Assembly: GCA_021734445.1 (NCBI GenBank)
Contig: JAIPIY010000002.1
Location: 32,786-96,785 of the forward strand
Length of the DNA: 64,000 nt
Reading direction: 5' to 3'
DNA from: Minisyncoccota bacterium
Lineage (GTDB): Bacteria; Patescibacteriota; Minisyncoccia; Phycocordibacterales; UBA1006
Within the stretch, counting starts at the first letter, position 1. Each line of letters starts with the position of its first letter. The translations under genes and the position numbers were made by a program. Positions 30,125 through 39,680 of this stretch are shown here, in pieces. The notes below the pieces were generated by a model, which was given only the letters and a program-made list of their open reading frames with translations, was not told the origin of the DNA and did no database searches.

Positions 30125-30418
30125 ATGATAGAAATGTTCATCCTGCTGTCAGTCGCATCCGCAGCTGACCTGCCCAGGATGATTCATCGCGATCATCCTG
30201 AAATTGTAGTTACGGTTCTTTCCATCAATGAGGCTCGACTGAAATATCCCCAAGGCAACGATTGTTGCATTTTGGTGGGATTAGTTGAATCTCCTATTAT
30301 TTTTCAAGAATATGGGAATATTGTTATTTTCTCCGACCAGCAACCCGAAGCTATTTGTGCCACGGGCTGGAAGGGAAATGTTCTCGAGCTGTTACGGTTG
30401 TCGCTGAGACCACCCTGA
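30125..30418 (+). CDS. Hypothetical small protein
   Basis: ATG start, an AT-rich promoter-like region upstream, and a convincing terminator downstream (30425-30462). Confidence 0.35.
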   Translation: MIEMFILLSVASAADLPRMIHRDHPEIVVTVLSINEARLKYPQGNDCCILVGLVESPIIFQEYGNIVIFSDQQPEAICATGWKGNVLELLRLSLRPP

Positions 30419-30424
30419 CGACTG

Positions 30425-30462
30425 GGCCATGAGGTTTTCGAACTTCATGGCCCCTCTTTTTT
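30425..30462 (+). terminator. Intrinsic terminator
   Basis: GGGCCATGAG...TTCATGGCCC stem followed by CTCTTTTTT. Confidence 0.6.
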
Positions 30463-30527
30463 ATATACAAAAAAATTCCCGCCATACGCTATTGCGCATG
30501 ACGGGTTATTCAATCAAACTGATTCAC

Positions 30528-31019
30528 TTAGTCTTTAAGACAATATACAGAATCGGGAACATCTTCCCAATATTGTTTTCTGGCTTCATTTTCTGGATCA
30601 GAACAAAGTTCTTCCAGTAATCGAAGTGACTCCTGTTTACCATCGGGCCTGAGGTGTTCCTCCTGAAAAAGAATCACTGTTTTCTTTTCCCTGATCTCAG
30701 GAACAAGAGATTCTAAATAGAAAAGCCTGCAAATCTTCTTTTTATTATGCTCTTTTATCTCCCAATAAAAAGAGCTTGAATCCATTGCAATAATTTCAGA
30801 CAAAAGAAGAATATCGACATACCCAATACTGGGATCTGGATCTTTTTTATCATGATCAAGGAAGGAGCCTGTGGGGTCTCCATAAAATTTATTCACAGTC
30901 CACATTGTATTCACTATTCCATTACGAGTCCTTGCAAAATTTCCAGATGGCACAGAACAAGCTTCCCATCCGATAGTCTGTTGATTAATTAGCTCAATCT
31001 TTTCTAGTAGATCTTTCAT
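30528..31019 (-). CDS. Hypothetical protein (163 aa)
   Basis: True ATG start at 31019-31017, divergent from the 31133 gene. No recognisable domain. Confidence 0.5.
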   Translation of the reverse strand: MKDLLEKIELINQQTIGWEACSVPSGNFARTRNGIVNTMWTVNKFYGDPTGSFLDHDKKDPDPSIGYVDILLLSEIIAMDSSSFYWEIKEHNKKKICRLFYLESLVPEIREKKTVILFQEEHLRPDGKQESLRLLEELCSDPENEARKQYWEDVPDSVYCLKD

Positions 31020-31132
31020 TGTGTAGGTGCGTTAGTTTAAATACACATTACAATAATGAAATTATATATGCAACCCTTGACAAAAAAAAAAGAAATTGTG
31101 TTAAATATAAAAGAACCAAAAAACAACTGCAC

Positions 31133-31462
31133 ATGAACACAATTGAACGCCCTTGCTTTACCGTCTGTGAAAATGGGTCTGACCATGGACACTTTATTAT
31201 TCCATCAATCCAAGGAATGAGCTTTCCAATCTATTGCAAAGAGCATGCTCTTTTGTGCTTGAATGGATTAATCCGAAATGAGATTGTCGATTCAGCATTC
31301 AAAACAGCGATCATGCAAGATATCAATACCTGCAATCTGCCAAACACGGAAACCCCAGAAGTACGCAGAAAAGCAAAGAAGATATCAGATATGATTTCTG
31401 TGATTCTGCGAGCAGCTCACGAGAAAAGCTCATTTGATGACAGGGGTATCTGCAAAAATTGA
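31133..31462 (+). CDS. Hypothetical Cys-rich small protein
   Basis: In-frame ATG (MNTIERPCFTVCENGSDHGHF...); the track ORF begins with TTG at 31019. Contains about 7 Cys. A terminator follows. Confidence 0.4.
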   Translation: MNTIERPCFTVCENGSDHGHFIIPSIQGMSFPIYCKEHALLCLNGLIRNEIVDSAFKTAIMQDINTCNLPNTETPEVRRKAKKISDMISVILRAAHEKSSFDDRGICKN

Positions 31463-31485
31463 CACACTGTCAGTTACCAAAGAAG

Positions 31486-31517
31486 CCCGAACCGTTATAC
31501 GGTTCGGGTGTTTTTTT
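31486..31517. terminator. Bidirectional intrinsic terminator
   Basis: CCCGAACCG-TTATA-CGGTTCGGG followed by a T7 run, with an A-rich tract on the other side. It is shared by the 31133 gene and the convergent trmD. Confidence 0.75.
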
Positions 31518-31519
31518 AT

Positions 31520-32197
31520 CTATTTCTCCCCTTTTCGCCAATTTTCTATTTTTTTATGATCACCAGATAATAATACTTTTGGGACCTTATAGTTTTTACC
31601 CTGCCAAGGTAAAATTTCTGGTCGTGTATACATTTCATGACTGGAAATACGATTTTCTTCGATTGATTCTTGTTTACCTAATACACCAGGAATTTGTCGC
31701 GCCATAACATCTATCATCACCATCGCAGCCAATTCCCCACCTGTCAGTATAAAATCCCCAATAGAAATTTCTGTAGCGCGTAATGCTTTTTTTACACGAC
31801 TGTCGATTCCCTCGTACCGCCCACAAATAATGATGATATCTTCCAAACCTTTTTTCGTAACCATCTTTTGTGCATAGGTATTGGTAAACATTTCACCACC
31901 CGCAGCGGTGATAAAAACCTTTGCGTTTTTCTTTTTTGACTGAATTTTTTTTACCGCTTCTAAAATAGGTTCGGCACGTAATATCATACCTGGACCACCT
32001 CCGTATGGTTTTTCATCCACCTGCGCAGAAATATTTCCATCTGGCCAAACTTTGCGATATTTACCACGAACAAAAGAACGCAATGGATAACACTTGATTG
32101 CAATTTTTTTATTTTTTATCGCGCGCCCTAAAATCGATTCATTAATATATGAATCGAACATCTCGGGAAATATGGTGATAATATGAAATGTAATCAT
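31520..32197 (-). CDS. trmD: tRNA (guanine37-N1)-methyltransferase TrmD
   Basis: MITFHIITIFPEMF N-terminus, SPOUT knot motifs (YGGGPGM, the AdoMet loop). 225 aa. Confidence 0.95.
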   Translation of the reverse strand: MITFHIITIFPEMFDSYINESILGRAIKNKKIAIKCYPLRSFVRGKYRKVWPDGNISAQVDEKPYGGGPGMILRAEPILEAVKKIQSKKKNAKVFITAAGGEMFTNTYAQKMVTKKGLEDIIIICGRYEGIDSRVKKALRATEISIGDFILTGGELAAMVMIDVMARQIPGVLGKQESIEENRISSHEMYTRPEILPWQGKNYKVPKVLLSGDHKKIENWRKGEK

Positions 32198-32248
32198 GTG
32201 TTGTGTATTATTTTCGTGATTGACTATTACCTGATATACTATACCTAT

Positions 32249-33328
32249 ATGGAAATTATAACAATTATTTTATTAGGTCTTGTAGTCGTTGCCGTTATCT
32301 ATCTTATTATAACACGCAATGCAAAACCACCAGAAGATACTACCGCATCGCAACTGATGATGCAACAACTCAATGAATTGATCCGCCGTCAGGACGATCT
32401 CAAAGAATCAGTAAATACAAAATTACATGAATCCAGCAAGGGTCTGTATGAATCATTAAAACATCAATCCAGTGAATCAATAAAAATTATTCGTGATGTA
32501 ACTGAACGATTAACCCAATTAGATGAAACCAATAAACAAGTTGTTTCATTTACCGACCAATTACAAAGTCTTCAAGACATTCTCAAAAATCCAAAACAAC
32601 GAGGAATACTAGGTGAATACTATTTGGAAACATTGTTGAAAAACACTTTACCTCCAGGTAGTTTTGAAATGCAGTACGCAATGGGAAAAGATGAAAATGG
32701 AAATGATTTAATTCCGGATGCCATTGTTCGTGTAAAAGACAAACTGATTCCTATTGATTCAAAATTCTCTTTGGAAAATTATAACCGTATCAGTGAAACC
32801 AGCGATCTGAAAGAAAAAGAACGTCTGGAAAAAATATTTGTAAATGATTTAAAAAATAGAATTACAGAAACTGCAAAATATATCCAACCAGCAAAAGGTA
32901 CTATGGAATTTGCATTTATGTTTATACCCCACGAAGCAATCTATTATGATCTACTAACCAATACTGTTGGCGCATTACGTGACGAAGAAGAAAGTCTTAT
33001 CCAACGGGCGGCATCAAAATACAAAGTCATTATTGTTTCCCCTACTTCGTTTTTGGCCTACTTACAAACAGTATTACAGGGATTAAAAGCATTACAAATC
33101 GAAGAACAGGCAGTCCACATTATCAAACGGGTTGGTGAGCTGGGTAAACATATGCAAACGTATGAAACGTATCATGCAAAAATGGGCAATGCATTGGGTA
33201 CCGTGGTAAACCACTGGAATGCATCTGCAAAAGAATTAAAAAAAGTGGACAAGGATGTTCTTCGTATCACAGGTGAAGCAATCAATATCGAACCGTTGTT
33301 ATTAGATAAACCAGACAGCGAAGAATAA
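32249..33328 (+). CDS. rmuC: DNA recombination protein RmuC
   Basis: N-terminal TM, coiled-coil, and the C-terminal RmuC domain with EFAFMFIPHEAIYYDLL and IIVSPTSFLAYLQTV blocks matching E. coli RmuC. ATG at 32249; the track ORF starts upstream at 32183. Confidence 0.85.
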   Translation: MEIITIILLGLVVVAVIYLIITRNAKPPEDTTASQLMMQQLNELIRRQDDLKESVNTKLHESSKGLYESLKHQSSESIKIIRDVTERLTQLDETNKQVVSFTDQLQSLQDILKNPKQRGILGEYYLETLLKNTLPPGSFEMQYAMGKDENGNDLIPDAIVRVKDKLIPIDSKFSLENYNRISETSDLKEKERLEKIFVNDLKNRITETAKYIQPAKGTMEFAFMFIPHEAIYYDLLTNTVGALRDEEESLIQRAASKYKVIIVSPTSFLAYLQTVLQGLKALQIEEQAVHIIKRVGELGKHMQTYETYHAKMGNALGTVVNHWNASAKELKKVDKDVLRITGEAINIEPLLLDKPDSEE

Positions 33329-33331
33329 ACA

Positions 33332-33358
33332 AAACCGGGACACGTCCCGGTTTTGTTT
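33332..33358. terminator. Bidirectional intrinsic terminator
   Basis: AAAACCGGGAC-ACG-TCCCGGTTTT perfect palindrome. Confidence 0.75.
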
Positions 33359-33376
33359 ATCTCTTTTATTATAGCA

Positions 33377-34192
33377 TTATCTGAGAAATACAACCAACAG
33401 AATCATTGCAATAGGTGCCAACAATCCAAACGTAGCCAACCCAACAAACCAAGGACGAGAAATAGATCGACTTTCTTCTGATGCGTGATAACTATTTTTC
33501 AAAGAAATATATAATCTGTATGCATACAGAACAAAAAATGGAATTAACGCAAATGAAATTGCAGTTGAAACCAAATCACCTACCATAGGAGAAATCAATC
33601 CAAACAACCACGCAGTCCCATCAGATGCAACAATTGCCATGGCAATCAAGAACAAAAGACGTCCAAATACTGACCACCAACGACCAGATACATATCGCGC
33701 GCTTTGCATCAGTGCATCAAAGAAAGATTTCTTTTCTTTTAATACAATGAAACTTGAGAATGATACTAATACCCCAAAGAAGATTCCAGGTAAGATAGCC
33801 AAAAACATTCCTCCAACGATTGTTAACGCAGACAACAGAGATGTTCCCAAAAATACACCTAAAACACTCCATGCATTTTTGTAGATTGTTTTAATGTCTT
33901 GCTTTTCTTCGACATGAATAATACCGAACATAATAGCAACCTGCCCCCACACTTGAATCAATATCATCAAAAGAACCGACAACATTGAAAAAAGAATGCC
34001 CACGATTAACGATGGACCAGTAATCCAACCTAACACAAGAAATATTCCTAAAACCAACATACCCACAAAAAATGGAATTGCCATTAATGTTACAAAACGC
34101 AAAATATGTTCTGTATACGTAGCCCAAGATTCTTTTACTAATGCGACTGGAGATGGTAATGCTGTGTTTTTTGTATTCTTTTCTTCTGACAT
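33377..34192 (-). CDS. Polytopic membrane protein, hypothetical
   Basis: 271 aa with about 6-7 TM helices. Confidence 0.55.
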   Translation of the reverse strand: MSEEKNTKNTALPSPVALVKESWATYTEHILRFVTLMAIPFFVGMLVLGIFLVLGWITGPSLIVGILFSMLSVLLMILIQVWGQVAIMFGIIHVEEKQDIKTIYKNAWSVLGVFLGTSLLSALTIVGGMFLAILPGIFFGVLVSFSSFIVLKEKKSFFDALMQSARYVSGRWWSVFGRLLFLIAMAIVASDGTAWLFGLISPMVGDLVSTAISFALIPFFVLYAYRLYISLKNSYHASEESRSISRPWFVGLATFGLLAPIAMILLVVFLR

Positions 34193-34241
34193 AATGAATA
34201 TGTATTATTTGTAAATATATAAAAAGTATACCATAAAAACA

Positions 34242-34895
34242 TTAATAAATAAAAATGACCGACCCAGTTGCCAGGATCGGTCTTTGTGCAACTCTGCGAT
34301 TTTTTGCAATACGCACCGTTGCCAATTCAGGTGCAGGACTAAATACCCCAGAAATCGCTGAGTCGATAGATTCGACAAATGATTTCCACCATTTTTTAAC
34401 CTTACTGGTTTTGTGTGGTTTTGGGGTGCAGGAGGCAAAGTAGAAACCCAGAACTATAAACATATGTTCTAATTTCAACAAAATTGCCTTAATTACCATA
34501 AAAGATTTTTCTGGATGGGAAGTCTCTACGCCAATGGGCGCAAACACTACCCACAGAAAAAACATTGAGAACACAATCCTGAATAAAGACCACTTTATTG
34601 CTAAAAAATTTCCAAAATGGGGGTTATCCAAGCATACTTCCTCTATATATTTCATGATTTGCATCCAGCTAAAAACTATAGCTATCCAGGCTAGATCAAA
34701 TAAAGTACCAATGATTACGAAAAAATCTATCTCTTTTACCATACTCAAAGAAATTATTCTGGCCCAACCAAGCAAACATACCGACAACACGAAACAAATT
34801 CGCGCAATCGTGAAATTGTTAATCCCAAACCATTCTTGAAACCAATCAGAAACGTCTTGAAATTTATTCAGCAGAATCATGTCAATTGAATGCAT
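34242..34895 (-). CDS. Membrane protein, hypothetical
   Basis: 217 aa with several hydrophobic helices. No family recognised. Confidence 0.45.
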   Translation of the reverse strand: MHSIDMILLNKFQDVSDWFQEWFGINNFTIARICFVLSVCLLGWARIISLSMVKEIDFFVIIGTLFDLAWIAIVFSWMQIMKYIEEVCLDNPHFGNFLAIKWSLFRIVFSMFFLWVVFAPIGVETSHPEKSFMVIKAILLKLEHMFIVLGFYFASCTPKPHKTSKVKKWWKSFVESIDSAISGVFSPAPELATVRIAKNRRVAQRPILATGSVIFIY

Positions 34896-34969
34896 CTTTA
34901 TTTGTGTGTTAAGTGAAAGACCAAATGAGAATTGATTCTATAATTACATATTATACACACTATGTCAAT

Positions 34970-35224
34970 CTACCGTATTTTTTCCTCTTCTAACAGTTTC
35001 TTTTTCATTTCTGATCCTCCGCGATTATAATCCCCCACTGTTCCGTCGCTTTTTATCACCCGATGACATGACACAGTCAGGTCATAATTCTTTTTCATTA
35101 TGGAACCAACTGCACGTGCTGATCCGGGACTACCCGCCATATCTGCAACCTGTTTATAAGTCATGGTTTTTCCCTTTTTTATTTTTCTCACAATAGCTAA
35201 AACTTTTTTAGTGAATTCAGTCAT
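34970..35224 (-). CDS. MGMT-family DNA-binding domain protein (O6-alkylguanine transferase C-terminal domain only)
   Basis: KQVADMAGSPGSARAVGSIM...LTVSCHRVIKSDGTVGDYNRGG matches the methylated-DNA-protein-cysteine methyltransferase HTH and PCHRV active-site region. The ATG at 35224 avoids overlap with the upstream gene; the track start at 35260 is TTG. Confidence 0.7.
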   Translation of the reverse strand: MTEFTKKVLAIVRKIKKGKTMTYKQVADMAGSPGSARAVGSIMKKNYDLTVSCHRVIKSDGTVGDYNRGGSEMKKKLLEEEKIR

Positions 35225-35229
35225 ATGAA

Positions 35230-35721
35230 TTATAGGAAATCTTTTTCTTCTATTACACAAATAATAGATTTGCTTTTTGATCGATTTAAAACAACCACGG
35301 GTTTTGTAAATTTAACCCCCAATGGAAATAGTTTTTCTTTTGTATCTTTAATACTACTGCCGGTGGTAAATACATCATCGATAATACACACGATGTCTTT
35401 TTTATTTGGAATATATCCATCGATTACCTTTTTCGTACCGTGATCTTTTACCTTGTCACGCACTAATACCAACGGTAATTTCTTTTTGTATGCAACCAAT
35501 GATGTCAATGTAATCCCACCATATCCCGAACCAGCAATACAGGTTGCTTGTGATGGTACCAATGGTAACAATGCGCGAACAATATGTTGCAACAATTTTG
35601 GATCACCCAAAGACTTTTTAATATCACAATAATAATTCGAAGATTCACCATTTCGTAAGACAAAATCACCTTGTACAAATATTCCTTTTTCTTTTAACTT
35701 TTTCACCAAAGAGTTATTCAT
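35230..35721 (-). CDS. pyrE: Orotate phosphoribosyltransferase-like type I PRTase (short form)
   Basis: FVLRNGESSNYYCD, DKVKDHGTKK, and the PRPP-binding motif VCIIDDVFTTGSSI align with PyrE blocks. Confidence 0.6.
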   Translation of the reverse strand: MNNSLVKKLKEKGIFVQGDFVLRNGESSNYYCDIKKSLGDPKLLQHIVRALLPLVPSQATCIAGSGYGGITLTSLVAYKKKLPLVLVRDKVKDHGTKKVIDGYIPNKKDIVCIIDDVFTTGSSIKDTKEKLFPLGVKFTKPVVVLNRSKSKSIICVIEEKDFL

Positions 35722-37231
35722 GTTTTTTATTTCCTATACTATAAAAATATCCATCTCGTGAACCCATGTATAACACATCATCCCATAACGCTGGGGTAGA
35801 TTCGATACAATTCCCACCGGGTGTTTGATATTCATACAGTAAATCAGGTATACGTGGATTTTTCAAAGAATATTTTCGTAATGTCCCCGTGCAGGTTGCA
35901 ACCAATAGTTCATCTTGGGAAATTATTGGCGATGACCACGCGTGCCAACCAATAGCATCTCTCCAGACAACCTTTCCCGTATCAGTATCTACTACCAATA
36001 ATTCTCCTGGATTTGTTGGTACGTACAAAAAACCTTTGTACAATGCAGGTGTTGCCCATACACCACCCATGATTCCGGTTTCTGTTGATGGAATATGCAC
36101 GCTCCATACCAATGGATTCTTTTTTCGTGGATCCAATTTTACCAATTGTCCGATTTCTTTTGATCGTTCGTTTAATCTTTGTTCTTGGATTGCTACGTAT
36201 AAAAACCCCTGTTCGTCTATGACAATCGTTGCATCGGTATCATCTCCGACCCAATAATCAAAAACGGGTTCTGCATTTCCTGTTTGTATATCAGGAATAG
36301 AAAATCCCATGACACGCCCGCCAGAATTTGAAAAATATATTATGCCATCGTGTACTGCAACTGAACTTTCGATACTGACATTTCTGCCCACCTTCGCAAT
36401 TAGTTCATCATCATATGATGGTGTGGTAAATATAATTTGTGGATCAACCGTTATATTACCCATAGCATCTTTTTTCCGGTTTAATTGTATTGCAAAAAAC
36501 CAACCATTCTCCCCGCCTGTATACATTATGTCATTAATAATCACTGGATTAGAATCCCAATCGTTATTCCAGATTCCAGGCAAATCAGCCGAATCCAAAG
36601 ACCATAATTCTTTTGGAGTATTTTCCGTCAAAGATACAATACGCAATTTATTATCGCGAGAACCAAAATATATCAAAGGAAACCCATCAGGATCCAACGT
36701 TACAGAACCTTTGATAATGTCGCCCGTCGCAAATGCAGGTCGAGTTGCCATGCCTGTTTTTGCATCGACAAAATGCACCTGCTTATCGTATGCACCAAAA
36801 ATAATTTCCGTTACATCATCATGCACATACACCACAGGTTGTCCTGTCCATCCGTTTCCACACCATTTTTTTGTAATTCCCTTGTCGGTACTGTCTGCAC
36901 ACATACGTTTTTCAGGATATCGCCACAATACCTGTGGATCTGTTGGCAATCTACTGTCGCCATACCATGTTCGTGATGGGTTACCACGGAACATCGTTAT
37001 ACCCTCTCCCCATGCACCTAATAAAAATGTATTTGATACTAAAACTTCTTCTGGTAATTGATAAATATACGATTGAATATCTTGAACCACGACAGCATCC
37101 CCAACAGATGCAACTACGTGATTATGTGAAATAGGAAGATATTGCAAAGCATAGGTAGATACGGGTACCCCAGCAATAAAAAAATACATTATCATTCCCC
37201 CAATACCCCATAACAAACATCCAACAACCAT
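35714..37231 (-). CDS. Membrane-anchored PQQ-like beta-propeller repeat protein
   Basis: N-terminal TM (MVVGCLLWGIGGMIMYFFIAG), then multiple PQQ/WD-like blades (e.g. GGVWATPALYKGFLYVPTNPGELLVVDTDTGKVVWR). An alternative upstream start lies at 37321. Confidence 0.65.
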   Translation of the reverse strand: MVVGCLLWGIGGMIMYFFIAGVPVSTYALQYLPISHNHVVASVGDAVVVQDIQSYIYQLPEEVLVSNTFLLGAWGEGITMFRGNPSRTWYGDSRLPTDPQVLWRYPEKRMCADSTDKGITKKWCGNGWTGQPVVYVHDDVTEIIFGAYDKQVHFVDAKTGMATRPAFATGDIIKGSVTLDPDGFPLIYFGSRDNKLRIVSLTENTPKELWSLDSADLPGIWNNDWDSNPVIINDIMYTGGENGWFFAIQLNRKKDAMGNITVDPQIIFTTPSYDDELIAKVGRNVSIESSVAVHDGIIYFSNSGGRVMGFSIPDIQTGNAEPVFDYWVGDDTDATIVIDEQGFLYVAIQEQRLNERSKEIGQLVKLDPRKKNPLVWSVHIPSTETGIMGGVWATPALYKGFLYVPTNPGELLVVDTDTGKVVWRDAIGWHAWSSPIISQDELLVATCTGTLRKYSLKNPRIPDLLYEYQTPGGNCIESTPALWDDVLYMGSRDGYFYSIGNKKHE

Positions 37232-37289
37232 ATGTTGTATGCGTTGTTTTTGTGCTGGGATATAAGGTTCGTTATTCACAAAAAAATAA

Positions 37290-37631
37290 TTATTGTAATC
37301 TATCTCCAATACGCACAGCATCCGGATGCGAAGCGGTAATCACAACCCAACCATCGCCGGCATGATTTTCTAATCCTAATGTTAAAACTTCGGATGTAAA
37401 ATGTGCAATCTTTCGGGGTGGAAAGTTCACCACGCACAAAACCAACATGCCCAATAATTCTTCTTTGGTGTGGGCACCAACCAACTGAGCGCTGGAGTTT
37501 TTAACACCCAATACATCTCCGAAATCTATACGTAATTGGAATGCAGGCTTTTTCGCTTCAGGAAAATCATTTACTTCAATAATTTTTCCCAATCGTATAT
37601 CCAGTTTTTCAAAATCTTCTATCGTTGCCAT
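37290..37631 (-). CDS. csaA: tRNA-binding domain protein (CsaA/Trbp111-like, EMAP fold)
   Basis: FEKLDIRLGKIIEVNDFPEAKKPAFQLRIDFGD...VVNFPPRKI matches the Myf/CsaA OB-fold tRNA-binding domain. Confidence 0.8.
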   Translation of the reverse strand: MATIEDFEKLDIRLGKIIEVNDFPEAKKPAFQLRIDFGDVLGVKNSSAQLVGAHTKEELLGMLVLCVVNFPPRKIAHFTSEVLTLGLENHAGDGWVVITASHPDAVRIGDRLQ

Positions 37632-37721
37632 ATGCGTATATACTATAGTATTTTTTACAAAATAACCACATAATAAGAACTATTTTTGTAATATTTAACC
37701 AAGATAAATAAAAACCCCTAC

Positions 37722-38315
37722 CTAATCGGTAAAGGCTTTGGAGAGTTTTTCTCCATATTTTTTTATAGACTCATTCACGACAGAGTAGCCACTTTCTGGT
37801 ATATCAATCTCTGGACCAATGGTTGGAATAGAAATATGATCATTAACCTTTTTTTGTGGAATTTTTCTTGACCCACCATAATCAACAAGGATAATACCTT
37901 TGTTCGTTTTTATCCAATCCTTGGAAAGAACAGTATGATCTCCTCCTGCAAATCTCATTTCATCTTCAGAAAGGACCCGCTTGAGTCTCCTCATAACTTC
38001 ATCAAAAGAGACAATCTCTCCCTCGATTTTCTCACTGATTACTAACCAGTTGGTTATCTTGATGTAAGATGGAGCCAAGAAATCCAAAGGAGTTTGCTTG
38101 TACAAATTAAATTCAGTTTTATTTGAATGCAAGCCAGCCTGAATGCGATTTAGTAAAAGCTTACCATGGTTTTTAGTAATACTTTTTTCTGTTTCGTCAA
38201 ACTCAAAAAGATAAGTCCATCTCACTCTTATATACGCAAAAATATCTCTTGGAAATTTTAAAGCGTACGGTCCAATAAAAATTACTTGTCTGGTTGTTCC
38301 GTCTTTTATGTTCAT
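37722..38315 (-). CDS. Hypothetical protein (197 aa)
   Basis: Unrecognised. A superficial kinase-like impression was rejected (see noticed_but_rejected). Confidence 0.45.
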   Translation of the reverse strand: MNIKDGTTRQVIFIGPYALKFPRDIFAYIRVRWTYLFEFDETEKSITKNHGKLLLNRIQAGLHSNKTEFNLYKQTPLDFLAPSYIKITNWLVISEKIEGEIVSFDEVMRRLKRVLSEDEMRFAGGDHTVLSKDWIKTNKGIILVDYGGSRKIPQKKVNDHISIPTIGPEIDIPESGYSVVNESIKKYGEKLSKAFTD

Positions 38316-38445
38316 TTTTTCTAAGATCTAATCTTGGTTTATTATACTACATCTATAATAAAAGTCAACATTAGAAATTCAAACAACTAAAAAGATTGAC
38401 TCGTATATCGTACATCAACTTTTTTTATAAAAATGAAAAGAATCT

Positions 38446-39459
38446 TTACATCTGCGAAGTAACGTATGCTTTTGATTTTGGTCCATAAATACCATCTGCA
38501 ACCAATCCAACTGATGCTTGATAATCAATCAATGCCTGTCGAGTAATAGGACCAAACGCCCCGTCAGCAATTACCCGAGATGCAGAACCAACACCCTTTT
38601 TAACAAGAAAATTTTGCAATATCACCACCTCGGGACCCCGAGACCCAACACGCAATGTGCCAGTTGATGACCCATACGATACCACTACAACAGGAGCAAC
38701 GATTGTTTCCATTGCATCTTGTGTTGCGTCAGGAAGATCAATATCTTGCGCCATTGCTGTGATAAAAACTGATCGAAATTTTGTTACCAAAAATTCTGCC
38801 AATTCATCTTCGTCATCTGCATCGTCAAGAATTTTTTCAAGATATTCTATCGTGTCATCCAAATCAAACACCTGAGTCAAACGTGGATAAGGATCTATTG
38901 CATCTCCATCTTCATCCCGGATTTCAAAATGCAAATGCGGTGCAGCGGCAACCGCGTTACCGGTGTGTCCAACATACCCAATCAAATCCCCTGCTTCTAA
39001 TACATCTCCTTCGTCAATATCAGCAAGTTCACTGAGGTGCATATACACAAATGATTCATCTCCGGGTACAGCCGTAGCAACGAACAAGCCTGATCCAGAT
39101 CCATCACCCATTCGGGTTACAACAGCATCAGTTGGAGAAACAATAGGTGTTCCTTCGGCAGCCATAATATCCAACCCTTCGTGTAAATGTCCTACACGTT
39201 GATCACCAAAATTTCTTGTAAGATTTTTCAGTCCCACCCCAAACAAAACAGGTATGGAAATGTCTTCTACTGGATCATTATCCAGATCTTCGATATTTTC
39301 TCGCATCTCACTGTTACCATAACGCCAATCTGATGTACCGCGTCCAAAACCATCACCGTCATCATAATCACGATGATTAGCAAACAAAGAAACCGGTGCA
39401 ACAACTAATAAACCAATCAAAGACAGATTTGCAACAAATTGTACGGTTTTTTTATTCAT
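38446..39459 (-). CDS. Secreted M23-family metallopeptidase with a C-terminal peptidoglycan-binding domain
   Basis: Signal/TM; HEGLDIMAAEGTPIVS plus GHTGNAVAAAPHLHFEIR (HxxxD...HxH); C-terminal PG_binding_1-like GSRGPEVVILQNFL...DGAFGPITRQALIDYQ...ADGIYGPKS. Confidence 0.85.
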   Translation of the reverse strand: MNKKTVQFVANLSLIGLLVVAPVSLFANHRDYDDGDGFGRGTSDWRYGNSEMRENIEDLDNDPVEDISIPVLFGVGLKNLTRNFGDQRVGHLHEGLDIMAAEGTPIVSPTDAVVTRMGDGSGSGLFVATAVPGDESFVYMHLSELADIDEGDVLEAGDLIGYVGHTGNAVAAAPHLHFEIRDEDGDAIDPYPRLTQVFDLDDTIEYLEKILDDADDEDELAEFLVTKFRSVFITAMAQDIDLPDATQDAMETIVAPVVVVSYGSSTGTLRVGSRGPEVVILQNFLVKKGVGSASRVIADGAFGPITRQALIDYQASVGLVADGIYGPKSKAYVTSQM

Positions 39460-39596
39460 GTATTCATTGTAGCACGTATATATCTTGTTATTTCATTATT
39501 GGTCAATATAAACTTATCTTTTTTCTTTTACGATTTTTAACAAAATAAACCCCAACAGGTGGTCCAGGCTATCGTTTCTTGCATTATCAGGAAATA

Positions 39597-39625
39597 TTGA
39601 CATTATACTATAAAAGTGCTATAAT
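39597..39625 (+). promoter_or_regulatory. Consensus sigma70 promoter with extended -10
   Basis: TTGACA (39597-39602), a 17-nt spacer, then TGcTATAAT (39617-39625). This is a perfect -35/-10 with the TGn extension, ~55 nt upstream of the 39681 ATG. Confidence 0.7.
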
Positions 39626-39680
39626 ATAATAAGACAGTGAACGCATATATCTGTCAATAATTGGACATTCACAATTGAAA

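Noticed and set aside
36309-37061. 250-aa plus-strand ORF inside the PQQ-propeller gene
   Set aside because: Entirely antisense to a gene with clear repeat-blade structure. Composition is typical of antisense noise.
37722-38315. Possible minimal protein-kinase-like fold (GPYALK, HGK, VDYGG)
   Set aside because: The motif order and spacing do not match kinase architecture. The catalytic-loop-like and DFG-like bits are ~100 aa apart rather than ~20. Kept as hypothetical.
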